NCBI GenBank assembly: GCA_030264375.1
Contig: JASCQW010000098.1
Coordinates: forward strand, 45,734,803 to 45,798,802
Direction of reading: 5' to 3'
From: Carcharhinus longimanus
Taxonomy: Eukaryota
DNA: 64,000 nt
Below are positions 25,105 to 38,770 of the stretch, piece by piece. The number at the start of each line of letters is the position of its first letter. The first letter of the stretch is position 1. The position numbers and the translations under genes were made by a program. The notes below the pieces were generated by a model. That model made no database searches, was not told the origin of the DNA, and saw nothing but the letters and a program-made list of their open reading frames with translations.

Positions 25105-25795
25105 TTCATAGGGTGTGGATGTTGTTGGGATGTTGGTACTGTGATTGTTCCACCCTTAATTCCCAGTTAGAAGGTAGTGGTGAATGGCCACTTTGAACTG
25201 TTATGGTCCCTGCATTGCAGGTATACCTATGGTGCTGTTAGGGCGGGAATTCCAGAATTTTGACCCATCGACAGTGAAGAAACAGTGATATATTTCCAAG
25301 TCAGAATTGTGAGTGGCTTGCAGGGAATCTTCCAGATGGTGTTCCCTTGAGTCTGATGCCTTCATCTTTCTAAATGGCAATGGTTGTGGGTTTGTAAGGT
25401 GCTGTCTAAGGAGCCTTGGTAAGCTCCTGGAGGATACCTTGTAGATGGTACACACTGCTGCTACTATGCATTGGTGATGGAGGGAGTCAATGTTTGTCAA
25501 TGGGGTGCAAATCTAGCGGGCTGTTTTGTTCTGGTTGGTGTCAAGCCTCTTAGGTGTTGTTGGAGCTGCACCCATCTAGGCAAATGGAGAGTATTCCATT
25601 ACACTCCTGACTTGTGCCTTGGTGGACAGGCCTTGGGTAGCTAGGAGCTTGCTGCAGGATTCCTATCCGCTGACCTATTGTAGCCATAATACTCAGATGG
25701 CTAGTTTAGCTCAGTTGCTAGTCAATGGTAGCCCTCTAGGATGTTGATAGAAGGAGATTTACCGATGGTAATACCATTCATTGAATGTCGAGGGG
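25105..25795 (-). mobile_element. 3' portion of the same LINE family as 13680-15220
   Basis: Minus ORFs NGITIGKSPSINILE and NIDSLHHQCIVAAVCTIYK..LPRLLRQHL..FTVDGSKFWNSRPNS. Further pieces occur at 31350-31570 (+) and 58745-59005 (+). Confidence 0.8.
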
Positions 25796-26599
25796 TGAGC
25801 AACTGAGGAGAAAAATAGGAGTAGGATGAATTACAAGAGGAAGGAAGGAGGCAATGTCTCCAGCGCCGCCTTGGACTGCCCCTAAAAAGCTCACTCAATA
25901 CGAAACCAGCAAGTGCAATAGCAATTCCTCGCACACCTTTCCTTCTCTCTGCCACTGGCCATTACAGTGTTCACTTCAGTCACTATTTTCAAAAGAAAGG
26001 TTAACAAAACAAAAGTTCCAATCTCAATTAATTAATTGAACCATACCATATTGCCTATGAACTATTCAGCCATCTGCATTCCTCAGTCCCTGTCGTTCAT
26101 GCACCTTGGTCAACCTGGTGTTATTCCAATGGCTGCACTTCAGTGGCGGAGACTGCAGGTGGCCTTGAAAGATTTGGAAGGCAAGGACAGGATGGCCAAT
26201 AGTCTCCTCCTGTGCTGTGAATTACAATGACGCTAAGGTCCGACTGCGTACTGTACCATCTCTGCATTGGCTGGTAGCTGAAAGGCAGCAGCAAGAGCTC
26301 TAACACAGTATCTGGTTGGGAGAATGAATAATGTCATCCTGAGAGAGGACACCTTCATGCTGCCTGGGCCTACAGCCACTCTCTGGGGACATCGTCTCAG
26401 CAATCCTAGTAATCTTTGGAAGCACAGCTTGCAGAACTGTTGTGAACTCTGCAAAACACTTTAAAATCTCTAATCCACAATAATGATGGTTTGCTGAGGC
26501 TGGAAAGTAAGAACATGTGCTTGCGTCATCTGTAGCTTGTAAACTAACAAAGATTATGCAATGAGAGGGAAGTTAGATGTGAGAAGGAGGAGTAGATAT

Positions 26600-27195
26600 G
26601 AGGACTTGTCATCTGCAATAGTTTGAGCCTTGCCACGAGCTACAATCTCAGCAACAGTTGTTCCAATAATGACCAGCGCTGTTCAGGAAAAGTTTCCCTG
26701 CCACTTAGTGCCTACTGCCTGCAGTTATATACCACCTCGCCCTGCAAGGGAGGAGAAAGTGCCTCAATAAGTGTTATGCAATCCAAATGGTTTATGTGGC
26801 TGTCAGGGTTGAATGGCTGGCAGGTATGTAAGTTGCAAGATGTGGGTGCAAAGTTTGCAGCAATGGTAAGTGTTTGAGAGTGAAGTGAAGCTATGAATGT
26901 TAGCTATGTGTGCTGATTGAAAGAGATTGAATGATAGGGCATTGAGAAGTAGCTAAGGCATTCAGTAGGATATGGCATTTATAGATGTATTCATTAACCT
27001 TGAACGCTCTGGTGAAGTCATTGAATTTATTGCAACTTTGCATTCGTCCCTGGGGCTTGACCTCTGACATTGACCTCTGTGGGCATCTGTTCCCACTGCC
27101 TTTTGACCATGTTTCTGTAGGCTTCCTGCACCGCCTGAGGATATAGGGGAGCTCTCCTCACAATTTCCTCTACTGACACCTCCAGAGCAGTGAGC
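26600..27195 (-). pseudogene. Second fossil Harbinger Myb/SANT-like gene, two exons
   Basis: Exon 1 reads TALEVSVEEIVRRAPLYPQ..RNMVKRQWEQMPTEVNVRGQAP..NKFNDFTRAFK. The GT donor is at 26998-26997 and the acceptor ctttctcctcccttgcag ends at 26742. Exon 2 reads GEVVYNCRQ*ALSGR. Confidence 0.72.
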
Positions 27196-27851
27196 AATTT
27201 CCTCTATGAACACCTCCAGTGATGTGCCCAGCTAGCCAATCAGCAGGAGTTAGACTGACTGTCTGCAAAAATCATTCCAGTAAGTAGGCAGCACAGTGTT
27301 GGTGTGCTGCATACATCACAATCAAGTGAACAGGTTAATCATGTAACATGACCCCTATGCCCTTTTTCAGAGTCTATCTTTGGCATATGGGGATAGAAAA
27401 AATGGGAAAAGAAATTTGATAATAACTGATTAGCTGTAATATCAAAATAGGTGTCTCAGCCAAAGCTTCCAAATGAGATAACATCACTGACCTTGTTGGG
27501 AAACGGGAGACATTTTGACCAGTCTATGTTTTATGAATCATTGGCTTAGTGCTTCTGTTGTGTGCCATTTGAGTCTGAATAAAACATCAATATTTAAAAA
27601 TGATAATTCATGGTTAGTAACCTGAGGCTGTGATTAGGCAGCAACAGTGTCACCAGTGACAAATCCCACAAAGTGGATGGAGATGTAGTATTTATCATGA
27701 TCAATTTGGGATCCTTTCATCCTTCAATCTGAATTATTTTCAATCCATCCAGTTCACTCCTATGTAGGGATTACATTGCTAATCTGTCTTGTTTCAAAGA
27801 GTATAAAAGGTTGTGTTCTTTTTCTTTGTGTCTTTATTCATTTTTATTCAG

Positions 27852-27924
27852 GAACTTTTAAAGATCTTGCATCAAAACAACATCTGCACTAGAGCTACAG
27901 GAATGCATGGCCCATGGGAACTAG
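27852..27924 (+). other. Candidate 73-nt exon, unverified
   Basis: Long pyrimidine tract ending tttttattcag, and donor TAG|gtaatg. One frame is open (ELLKILHQNNICTRATGMHGPWEL) but I do not recognise it. Confidence 0.2.
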
Positions 27925-30314
27925 GTAATGGGAAATAGAAAATGGGTCATTTTCCACTTGAAGGTGGGCTGGGAATTTGTTTGAATGGACAGCCTGTACA
28001 TTGTAGAATCTGACCAGTTCTCATTCCATTAGCATAGTTGGAAGAAAAATTGGGTTCATTCGGCAATTGGCAGGTAGTCCACTGTGCCAGATTATCACAA
28101 TTAGATTTGTAAGTTAACCCAAAATGCAGTTTGAATGAAATTCAGTTTGGTGGGGGCAACGTTCTACATTCTGTACACTGCAGAAATTTACACTGATAGT
28201 ATGAGCATTGTTTGGGTGTAATTTAGGGTAGATTTTCTATTGCTAGTGTTCAGCTTATATTACCAACTGGAAAATGAGATGGAAGTCCACTTTTTTTTTG
28301 CCACATCCAATTTACAATTGTGAATTAAATGTGTTATCAAAGAATTACTTGCCCCATCATGGGCAGATGCTTGAAAATGAAACCAAAGTGACACTGTGTC
28401 ATCCATACTATTTTCCAGCATAGCACTGTACACATTTACAGTCCGTATAAAATGGCTGTTCAAGATTGTGAGGTACTGATCTGCAACGAAGCTCAATCAT
28501 TGTACATGTTGATTCATCTTTATCTTTGACGCTTGGGATTGTTTTGAGCTTTAGGCAACAAATCAACAAAAAGCCAGTCAGCTGTACAGAGACGTGTAAA
28601 GCATTGTTTCCGCAAGGAAGCCATTCTGTTTACTTTCTCATTCATATGCAATTTCATTTTTTTTTACATTTCTCCATGGGATGTGGTCATTGTCCAATTT
28701 ATTTAGAATCACCAGCACTGGATTATTTAAATCGGTCCTCACGTCCAAGGCAACTGTCGTGATGCTTTCATTTTCAGAGCCATTCATTTCATGAACATGG
28801 GTGCCACGAGACCAGATTTTTGAGCTGGTTGAAGAAGTGGAAAATTAGAACCCAGTGTTCACTGGGGGAGCCTTTCTAAAGGACTCTTTGTCCAGACTTT
28901 CCTGGTGAAATTGTCAGAAGGAAAGCGAGGCACATAAGCTTGCTGTTGATCCCTCACCTTTAAGAATCACTACTTCAATTTTTCTCCACTGACCCTGCTG
29001 TATCTTGGATTTGTTTGCCCTGAGCCCATACATCTGTATGTAGATGAGGTGAAGGGTGTAGCCACATGCTTCCTGTTGTTTTGCTATCTTTGATTTGAGT
29101 TCCCACCAAAAGAAACCAGCACATGTACAAAAGGGATCATGTGATAAACATAATGTCCCATAGGAGGAAAACATCATGAAGAGCAAAGGTCTGAGCAACT
29201 GAAGATCCTGCAAGAGTTTAAAGACCAGAAACAACACTCGTGGCACTTTGAAAATAGCAGCAATTACCTGATAATTATTAAAGGAAATAAAACCAGAATA
29301 ACTGTATCAGAGTTTTATTTTAGAATTGCACTGTTTGAGGAGAATGATGAAGATGAGGAGACATTAATGCCCAAATTAAGTATTCTCAAAACATCCTCAA
29401 CAGAAAACGTTTTCACTCTCTGAATGTGCAATCTGAATCACAGCCATATCACTGGCTAGCCTGGGAGCTGGCATGATTCTTTTGTTCTCTGACAATAAAA
29501 GTTTTCTGCATTGTTCTGTCAGAATAGTGTGTCAACATGTTGTTTAGTGATCAGAGTTAAACACTTGAACCATGGCTGAGAACATTCTCTAGAATTTAAA
29601 GCAACGACAGATTTAATTAAATCTTGTGTGGTCCAAACATCAGCACTGAATGCACCTTCAGTATTCTGAGCTCTTGACTCCATTGTGTGGATAGGTGCGG
29701 GGAATCCTGCAGTACAGCCCAGCAAAGTTGTCAAGGATTATATTGGCATACTACATGTTGCAGTTAGGAACTGGTTAAATGTTTCTTTGTACCATGTGAA
29801 GAGAAAGAAGGTGAAGACCTTTAATCTCAACCTGACAAGGATGCTGTCCTTGGGTTTAATTTGCTTAGACCTCTGCTGTTCCTTTCATTTTTCTTTGTCA
29901 ACAACACCTCCACACAACCTTCTGACAACTTTGGGGTCTTGACTACAGAAGATACCCTGATGCTGATCCATTCTACCTCTCACTGTACCTCCATCTCCTT
30001 AAGACTTGCAATACCTGTGGCACTTGTAGCATTGCATTTTAGGTGCATCAGTCTCTCACAGCTCAAGAGCTAGTCAGCAGTGTGATTCTCCTCCGGTAAA
30101 ATACAGTCTGGTTTAGGCAGGATCATGTGAATGGATTGATGTCTGCTCCACCATGTATCTGACAGATCAAGGATAATCCAGGTCCTCCTGTTTGGTTGGA
30201 ATGTGGCCATATTACTCCCTAGCTTGCTGCACCCTTCAGGAAGCAAACTCGGTTTCCAGTTTTCAGTAGAACTTGTAATTGATCCAGTTCAACTACTCCC
30301 AGTTGAGCTACTAC

Positions 30315-30447
30315 CTTACAAAGCGTCATTCAGACTCAACTTTAGGTCTGTTCTCTCTCCACAGATGCTGTCAGACCAGCTGAGATTTTACAGCACCTTC
30401 TGTTTTTTTGTTTCAGATTCCAGTATCCGCAGTATTTTGCTTTTACC
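30315..30447 (+). mobile_element. Penelope-like family B tail remnant
   Basis: Reads ctctctccacagatgctgtcagaccagctgagattttacagcaccttctgtttttttgtttcagattccagtatccgcagtattttgctttt. Confidence 0.6.
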
Positions 30448-33098
30448 TTAGTGACATAGTTTGTAGCTTTCTTCCTTCAGCATACTGGAGAAATTAACAG
30501 TCTCTTAAGCTGTCATTTTACTTTCCTACCCTTCAACAGATGTTCTATAAATCCCAGGTACTTTCCTGTCAGCTTTGTCCTCAGCATTAACGTTAGGCTG
30601 ACATGGAAAATGCAGTTATGGTCAGCACAGGTTGGGTGTGTATGGTTTTATGCATTGCTCCAAATCGTAAAGATGATGACTGCACATGCCATCAGTGTTG
30701 ATCATCCTGTTTAAATCCCACAAATGTCACTCACCCTTTTCGAGTAAGCTTGCACAAGAGTGCACTAATGCTCCCCCCCCGTCTCTCCAAAGTGCTTATA
30801 CATTCAAAGAGTCAGGAATCAAATTTCTCTTCAATTTGATTTAAGAATCTAATAATCAAGGCAATGAATACAGTGAAGAGATTTTTTTCAGATAACTCAG
30901 AAAGCTCTTGTCACTGTGCTACTTCATTTCTTAATAAAATAGCAGAAGGAATAACTGCAAATGTAAACAGCAGCTCTTTTTCAACACAGAAAGCTGTTGG
31001 AACTTGGCTAACATATGTTCTCAGGCATAAAAAACTTCAGACGCTGACAACAGCAGAATAGTACTGAGAGCAGGGGAGGGGTTGAGCCAGTATACTGAAG
31101 CATTTACAGGCTCCTGTTAGTCTTTTGGATCCTGCCGGAGTCTGGTGTGAGTCATATCTTCTACGTAGAATACAACAAAGACAGCATTCATGTGGCATGC
31201 TGTGGGATGTTATGGCACAAGACTATTGAATTACACTAAAACCTGCTTATAATGGATGGTCAGCCGCTGACCTATCTGTGACCTTTATTATACAGTGGTC
31301 TGGTTTAGCTTCCCTTGTGGAAACATCATTTTCTCTGTAAAACAGTGTGTACCAGTCTCACTACCTCTACCATCATGAAGGGCAAGAGTAGCAATGACAG
31401 GGGAATTGGCAACTCTTCTAAATCCCCTCCGTGTCACACACCTACTGAGGTCAATATTCTGTGCTGTGGACCATCATCATCACAAATAATACAGTGGTTC
31501 AAGAAGGCATCCCCACAGTATCATCCTCTGGGCAACTAAGGAGGGTGGGGGGAGACAATAGCCTTCATGCTAATAATTAAAAATAAGCTAAGTAAATTAA
31601 ACATTAAATGGGGCTTTCTGGCCTTGCTCATCCCAAACTTGGAAAATCCCATCCTTTCTGTGGTTCGCCCCTCACCTGCTCCAGTTCCCATTGTGGATGG
31701 AACAGGAAAATTTGCTCCTTAAATATGCCTTACCCAATAATAGCAGTTCAGCAGTCTGCTCATAATTCAGTAAAATATTGAATAAATAATATAAAGTCTC
31801 AAGACTGATAAAGATTTTGCAAATATGACCAAACTAAATAAAAGTAAATGAGATATACAATAAGCAAAAAGATAATCTGAAATATCAACATTAATATGCT
31901 TTTGGTAATGAACCTCGTGTTTATTTGCTGCAAGCTACAATAAGAAGAGAAATTTTCCAATATTCAGTATCAGCAGCATGTCAGCTATGGCTTAATGATT
32001 ACATGGTCACCTTTAAACAAGACTGATCATAAACAGTAGCCCAATTTCAAGCATCTGAGTGCAATCTCTAGGTTAGGATTTAATTGTACTACAAGAGTAC
32101 TGTATTTGCAGTGTCTCGTTAAACAAGAGCAGTTAGGTTTTCCTGCAGTTCAGGTCACTGGAAAGTTTTTGATGGGTGGCAGAGGAAAGGAGGAGTTGGA
32201 CAATATGAAATTGTTTGAGAGTGACCTGAAATTGTCGCAATGGTCAGAGAAGGGGATGGGTGCTGATAGATAATATTAGCATGTGAGGGAATGATGGTGG
32301 TTTGGGGTGGGAGGTGATTGGGTGGGGCTGGCGCTGAAGAATTTTGAGGAGAGGAAAGACTATGGAATGGGGGTTGGGGGGATGTAAAGAATGGTTTCTA
32401 GATTTTGGTCTCTTTGGCTTCTTTTCCCAGTCCTCAGTTTCCTCTCTTTGCTGCCTTCAGGTGGCCTCCTCCTTCTTTAAACACATTAGACAACAGCTGT
32501 TTGACTGATTAAAAATTCTTGATGACAGGGAAACCAAATTTTATTGTTTAAAAATACTATAATATTTGTAGAATTCATGTGATCAAATGTCTTATGATCT
32601 GATGTACATGCTGAAACATTGTATGATCATATGTCTCCAGGAATGCCAGCAACCAAAGTTGGCATCCATACTGCAGCAGTATATCAGGCTAACAGCCCCT
32701 ACCCATCACTTCAAACATGAGCAAGCGCAGCATGTGGAGGGAAGGCGTCTCTGGACAAGAGCCTGTCAGGCCGACATCTCCAATATTTTGGTTAGGATTT
32801 CCCAGACACTGCCGTCCTACATCAGCCACCTTGCTATGTACAGTGTGGCAGCATCGCAGCTGCTAGGATCAGGAGATCCCTCTCTCGCTGAACAAGGCCC
32901 CCAGGATGACAACGAGCTGGGAAAGCCAACAAACATAAAATAAACTGAAATCATGTCTTGTTGGCAGAGCTCCAGAAATAGACACAATTCCAGGGGAGAG
33001 CATAAGAAAAGGGAACGTTATAGAACATATGATCACATGGGAAATATTCTCATCCAGTTTATTGTAGATACAGTGACCATTTTGAACTGAGGACATCT

Positions 33099-33268
33099 GG
33101 GGCAGAATTTTTCTCCCCCTCTGCTGCATGTTTTGTGGCGACGGGAAATGACACTCTGTTCACTGGCAGTGGGGTTTATGGTCCAGCCATTGTCAACAGG
33201 GTTTCCCATTCAATAAACCCCTCACCGCCGAAAAACCCACAGCAGGGTGTGCCATCGGTGTCGGCCAC
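33099..33268. mobile_element. MITE truncated by a Penelope-like insertion
   Basis: Starts with gggcagaattttctcc and contains the gtcaacagggtttcccatt core. Confidence 0.55.
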
Positions 33269-33562
33269 TTTAGGACTTGAACAGCAGGTTAGGTGTAAAG
33301 ATTTGCATCCTAATCAGTAATCTGTAAACTGTCTGTGCTTTATATGCTCTGTCTGAGGCCAGAACTCTCCATTCACCTGACGAAGGNNNNNNNNNNNNNN
33401 NNNNNNNNNNNNNNNNNNNNNNNNNNNNNNNNNNNNNNNNNNNNNNNNNNNNNNNNNNNNNNNNNNNNNNNNNNNNNNNNNNNNNNAGGGAAACCTCGAA
33501 AGCTAGTGAGTTTACTATCAAATAAATCGGTTGGACTTAAACCTGGTGTTGTCAGACTTTTT
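33268..33562 (+). mobile_element. Penelope-like family A 3' end; its hammerhead motif spans the assembly gap
   Basis: Reads ttcac CTGACGA agg [100 N] aggg aaa cctc GAAA gct a gtgag, then aataaatcggttggacttaaacctggtgttgtcagac. Confidence 0.75.
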
Positions 33563-35189
33563 ATTATTCATAAGATTCCGCCATTGTAAACAGCAGCAAG
33601 ATTTTGGCACTAATGTATACCCTTGGGTATCCCAGATACATGTGTTTCACTATATATTAACAAAGCTTCTCTTGGTGGTATTCTTATTGGAACTGGCTCT
33701 GGAATAGTGTTTGCAACTTATATTTATCAATTTGGTTCATAATGTCCATTGTTAGTAAAGTGCTTGTGAATGGAGTCTGGTACAGTGTGCTAGAATTAGT
33801 GCATGTCACAGATTTGATGCTGAAGTCAAGGACACTCTGCAGTAAGCAGCTGGAGAAATCTGCAGTACTAAATAATGTACAGTTTTGAAACTCTTAGAGA
33901 AATAGTTACTGGCAGAAGGTGATAAATTTACTCATCATCGTAAATTCCTATCAACCCAGACTCAGAATGGCTCACGTGGGACTTCTGAACTTGGGCATTC
34001 TCTCTGTTGGACGGGCATACACCTAATAGCTCTTTGTGAGCATTATATATAAAGGATCCTCCCTCCTCCATGTTCCCTTATCCTTTGTATTTGAAAGAGT
34101 AATTTCAGTATATCAAGACCAAATTACAGATGCGCTGTACATTGCATTTTTGAAATTATTTTAATTAGAAATCATGCTGATTATTGAAGTCAAAGTGGAC
34201 TCAGTTGACCACTCCAATATTTGAATACCATAAATTTGGTTTTGAAGATTTTCTTCTTGCATCAAATTTTTATAAGATTAAGTGGCCCCTTTAATCAGTA
34301 TTTATTGCTAATTAGTCCATGTTGCCTTCCAGTTAGCATGATGCAGTGCATATTTCTTACACAATTAGCGACAGAAGAATAGTGTTGGCAAATAGATTAA
34401 TTTCATTAGGTCCTTGAATACTGCGCCTAGCTTGAAGTCACTACAGTTGCTGATTAGAATTTTAATGTTATGATTCCCGTGTTCAGCAACAACAAATTTT
34501 GTGTAAAGGCTTCAGGTGAAAAATGCATTCCAAACTATTAAAAAAAACAGCTGGCACAAGTTGTTGATGCCAGTGACTTGATGGCCCAAATTTGCTCTCA
34601 ATAAAATTCTCAAGAAAAGGAGATTGGGATGACTCCAGATTCTGTAAAAAAAAAATTGGAACTTTTGCTCAGTTAACCCAAACTAGTACAATTAATCTAC
34701 TTTAAATTCAGTTAGAGTTTGTGGTTCGTTCCTCCGAATATTAATTTTGATTGGTAAGTGAACTCTTTGTCACTTTATCCTCAAATAGTACTTGTAAAAG
34801 TCCTGTCTGAGTAAAGAAATTAAATACCATAGAATTTGTTATTGCAATTTATCTGGTGAATTAATATAGTGATTTAACAATTCCTGTGTCATTTCCATTG
34901 GCCATGTTGCGTTTAATCTCAGTGTGATCTCTGACCAGTGATATTTATGCTAGTTGAATGCTGTAATGGAGTGGATACAGCAATGACAACTGACTGTGGC
35001 AGGGGAAAGAAAGCTTATTGATGGCATGAAAGCTTTGAATACATTCCTTACACTTGTGGGACAATTAAACCCTATGAATGATATGAACAGTATCCATAAT
35101 GTTATGACTTTCCATTACAATTGTGAGACAATCAGCTGATATGATCAGTGATATGCATCTCACACTGTCCCTTATAGGTTTCAGTTGGC

Positions 35190-35382
35190 ACCTTCTTCCT
35201 GAACTGCCTCGCCAAATCTATCACCTAACTATTCTCCCTACCTTTAAAAAACATTCTCAATCTCCTTTTCACTACAGTTTCAACTGTCTCCTCACAACTC
35301 TTATTTATTTAATCTCTTCTTTGCGAAGCACTTTGGAATATTCTTTTACTTTGAAGATTCTGTATAAATGCAAATTGTTGTA
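35190..35382 (+). mobile_element. L2 LINE 3' tail
   Basis: Contains cctttaaaaaacattctcaa (FKK.LK) and the terminus gaagcactttggaatatt..tgtataaatgcaaattgttgt. Confidence 0.6.
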
Positions 35383-36287
35383 AACCTAAAATGCTTCATT
35401 CTTTTGCAACATTTAGTGTTCATATCCAGAATTAAGGACATGTTGACAAGTTGCTATTGGAGTTATTTGCAGTGCGGGAACTATATTTTATCTCCTAAGC
35501 AGAAAGGCTTATTGGAGACAAATTCATTTTGGGCTCTTTCTCTGTCTCTGAGATAAGCAATGACAAAGGTATTGCTGATTGTCCACCATCTTGAGTCAAG
35601 AGTAATGGCAAGGCTGGAAAGACCTAAAAATAGACAGCAAAAAGATAAAGAAGGATTTACAAAAGAAATTGCATGCTATAAATATTTTGTGGTTTGTTTT
35701 TAAAAAAAATCACATTTGAATTTGTTTACGTTCTTATTGCACTGATATCACGAGATTTAACAATAGTTTCAATTTTAAAAGTGCCTTATACGTGTCTTGA
35801 AAAGTATACTAAATTAGAAATTTGTCAATAATGTAAACACATTTGCGACTACAAAATGTTGTTTTATAGTATAACAAATAGTCCAGTGGTTCATCTGAAA
35901 GAATGGCAGCAAAATAGAAGAGGCCTAGTTTTCCCGCCAGCTGTTATGGTGTCTGGAACGGTTTGGACAGTGTTCCAATGGTAATGATTTCCGAGTGGCA
36001 CTATTACCATCAGTGTGCTGTTAGGTTGCACAAAAGAGACTAACAAGTTTGCCGCTGTTCTTAAAAGAAAGACAATTCAATGTAGATTGGCCTACTCAAA
36101 TGCCTGAGTATGATGGCTCTTTTATGATAGTATTCTGTTGGGGTCAGACAAAGCATGGTATTTCCTACTGATGATATTTCTACCAGTATTTCTTATGGAA
36201 CTGCAGTTCACACATTTGAATGCATTTGTAAGGATAAATTCCTTGTTTGCAGATGTTGCTATCACATTGGTTCCCACCTGCATGTAG

Positions 36288-36512
36288 AAGCTGGTTAGCT
36301 CAGTTGGCTGGACAGCTGATTCTTGATGCACAGTGCTGCCGACGTGCCCAGTTTGATTTCCCGTATCAACTGACATTATTCATGAAGGTCCGTCTTTTCA
36401 ACTTTGCCTCTCGCCTAAGGTCCTTGGGTTAAAATCACCACCAGTCAACTTTCTCCTTCAAAGGGGAGAGCAGCCTGTGGTCATCTGGGACTATGGTGAC
36501 TTTGTCTTTGTC
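36288..36512 (+). mobile_element. tRNA-derived SINE of a separate family
   Basis: A box ttagctcagttggctgg, degraded B box agtttgatttcccg, and a tail ggtcatctgggactatggtgactttgtctttg. Confidence 0.6.
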
Positions 36513-37311
36513 TATATGTTTACGCATTTTATGATGAATTACCTCATTTACTAAGGCACTGAGTAAAGCACTGAGTGAAAATAGGGGGAAAAGAAATCAC
36601 CCCAGAACTGGACTGGATCTCATAATTTAACAGTCAGATTAATTACATTATTTGTGGAATCGTAGAAAGTCGTTTTGAGTGTATTGTGGTGTATAAGATA
36701 AGGTCGGGTTTTAACTTCTAAATCCTTTCTGCACGCTGAATCAAAAAGTGTCAGTGACGGAACACATGGTGGTGTCATGCTCAGCTCCAAGGGGACTCGG
36801 TTCTCAATAAGTTAATCATAAGAACAAACAGTCTTGCTTCCAGCAGTGCAGCCACGTAACCACAGGGGGGTTTGAGCTAATTCCAGGAACAAAAGAGGGT
36901 CTAATGCAATAAAATGCCAGCGGCAGCAGTGACCATTTTATTCACAGTAACATGCACTCCTGGTAACTGTGGTGAGGGCAGTGAATTAGTTGCAGAGCAT
37001 GATGGGCTGGTCACACTTGAATTGTAAACACATCAAGTTTATTCAACAATAAACTGGCAGCTGTGCTATCTGATGGACGATAGAAATGAAGTGGGCATTT
37101 TGTTGACATGAATGTATGGTTTTTAAAAATTAAAGTGAAGAGATGTGCCTATCTTTGTGAAAAGTTGCTGAATGAACTATGATACTCAATCACACAAACC
37201 AGGAGGTCCCAGATTTCATCTTTGGTCTGCTTTAAGCTAACCAGTCTCAGATGAGGTGGTGGTAAGGAACCTAAAAATGCCATCAGTATTCCTGGAATTA
37301 AAATGAGAAAA

Positions 37312-37566
37312 ATCAGGTGCAGCAGGTGGTCAGGAAGGCTAATGGGATGCTGGCCTTCATAGCGAGGGGGATTGAATATAAAAGTAGGGNNNNNNNNNNN
37401 NNNNNNNNNNNNNNNNNNNNNNNNNNNNNNNNNNNNNNNNNNNNNNNNNNNNNNNNNNNNNNNNNNNNNNNNNNNNNNNNNNNNNNNNNTTATTGAATGG
37501 CGGGGCAGGCTCAAAGGGCTGGATGGCCTACTCCTGCTCCTATTTCTTATGTTCTTATGTTCTTAC
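37312..37566 (+). mobile_element. Young CR1 with a gap
   Basis: QVQQVVRKANGMLAFIARGIEYKSR precedes the gap; the CR1 tail with ttcttatg repeats follows it. Confidence 0.88.
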
Positions 37567-38770
37567 TCCTGCTGGGACATTGGTGTGTGTGGATTTCAGA
37601 TTCTGCTTCTACTGCTGGACTCTCACACAATCATAACTTTTAAGTAAACATACCTACATAGCAGTTACTGTTTACAGGAGAGAATTATATGTTGTGAACC
37701 ATTTACTTGAGCAGAGAAGAGCCACAAGTTGTCATGATTATTGGAAAAATATATCTATTGTATGTTCCCAGCAAGAATGAAGGGAGTGCAATCAGGAGAT
37801 TTGCTATCATCACAGTATTGTAATCCTATCTCTGATCTGTGAGACTGACACATTTCAGGGTGATTTTGCCAATGTGGTTCTCATCACTTTATAAACCAAC
37901 CAGAATGAATTGTTGACAAAGATAAGGGCCCTAACTAACAATCAATTGTTCAAACAATTGAAGGGATCTTGTTCCTATTTACTCAAGTCTCATGTTTGTT
38001 CATGCATATTGATCATTTAAGTAATAAAATCAAAATGATTCAAAGTAAGGCTAGTTTATTAGTGCAACATTGAACCTCTGCTATATAAGACTCTTTTGCG
38101 TTTGCCAACCAATGGGTTTTATCTTAAATATTTGAATGCTTTTGTTAAAATACTAGAGAGCAACTTTGTATAAACACATCAAATGTTTGTTAATAATATT
38201 ACACAATGAATTTGATCTGTAATTTTGACACTATTATTTTTAGTTTTGTTATAACAAAAAATATTCAAACCACTTCTGAAGATTCGTTTTATGGCATGTA
38301 CAGCATATTAATACAGCATACGTCATGTACAGCATATAACAGGTTCCAGTGCAGTTCTACAAAACTTAAGAGTAAGAAGTGATTCGGAGGGCAAATGGAA
38401 AGTTGTTGTTTATTGCAAGAGGAATGGAATATGAAAATAGGAATGTTTTGCTACAGGGTATTGGTGAGACCACATCTGGAGTACTGTGTGCAGTTTTGGC
38501 CACCTTATTAACGAAAGGATATAAATCCATTAGATGGAGTTCAGAGAAGGTTCACTTGGCTGACATCTGGGATGGAAGAGTTATCTTACAAGGAAAGGTT
38601 GGACAGGTTGGGCCTGTATGCATTGAAGTGTAGAAGATAAGAAGTGATCTTATTGAAATATACAAGATCCTGAGGTGACTTGATAGGATGAATGCTGAAA
38701 GGATGTTTCTTCTTGTGGGAGAGACTAGTGTTAGGGCACACAGGTTAAAAATAAGGGGTCTCCTGTTTAG

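Noticed and set aside
32587-32943. 118-aa ORF in non-obvious sequence
   Set aside because: No recognisable domain or splice context; it is probably old repeat debris or chance.
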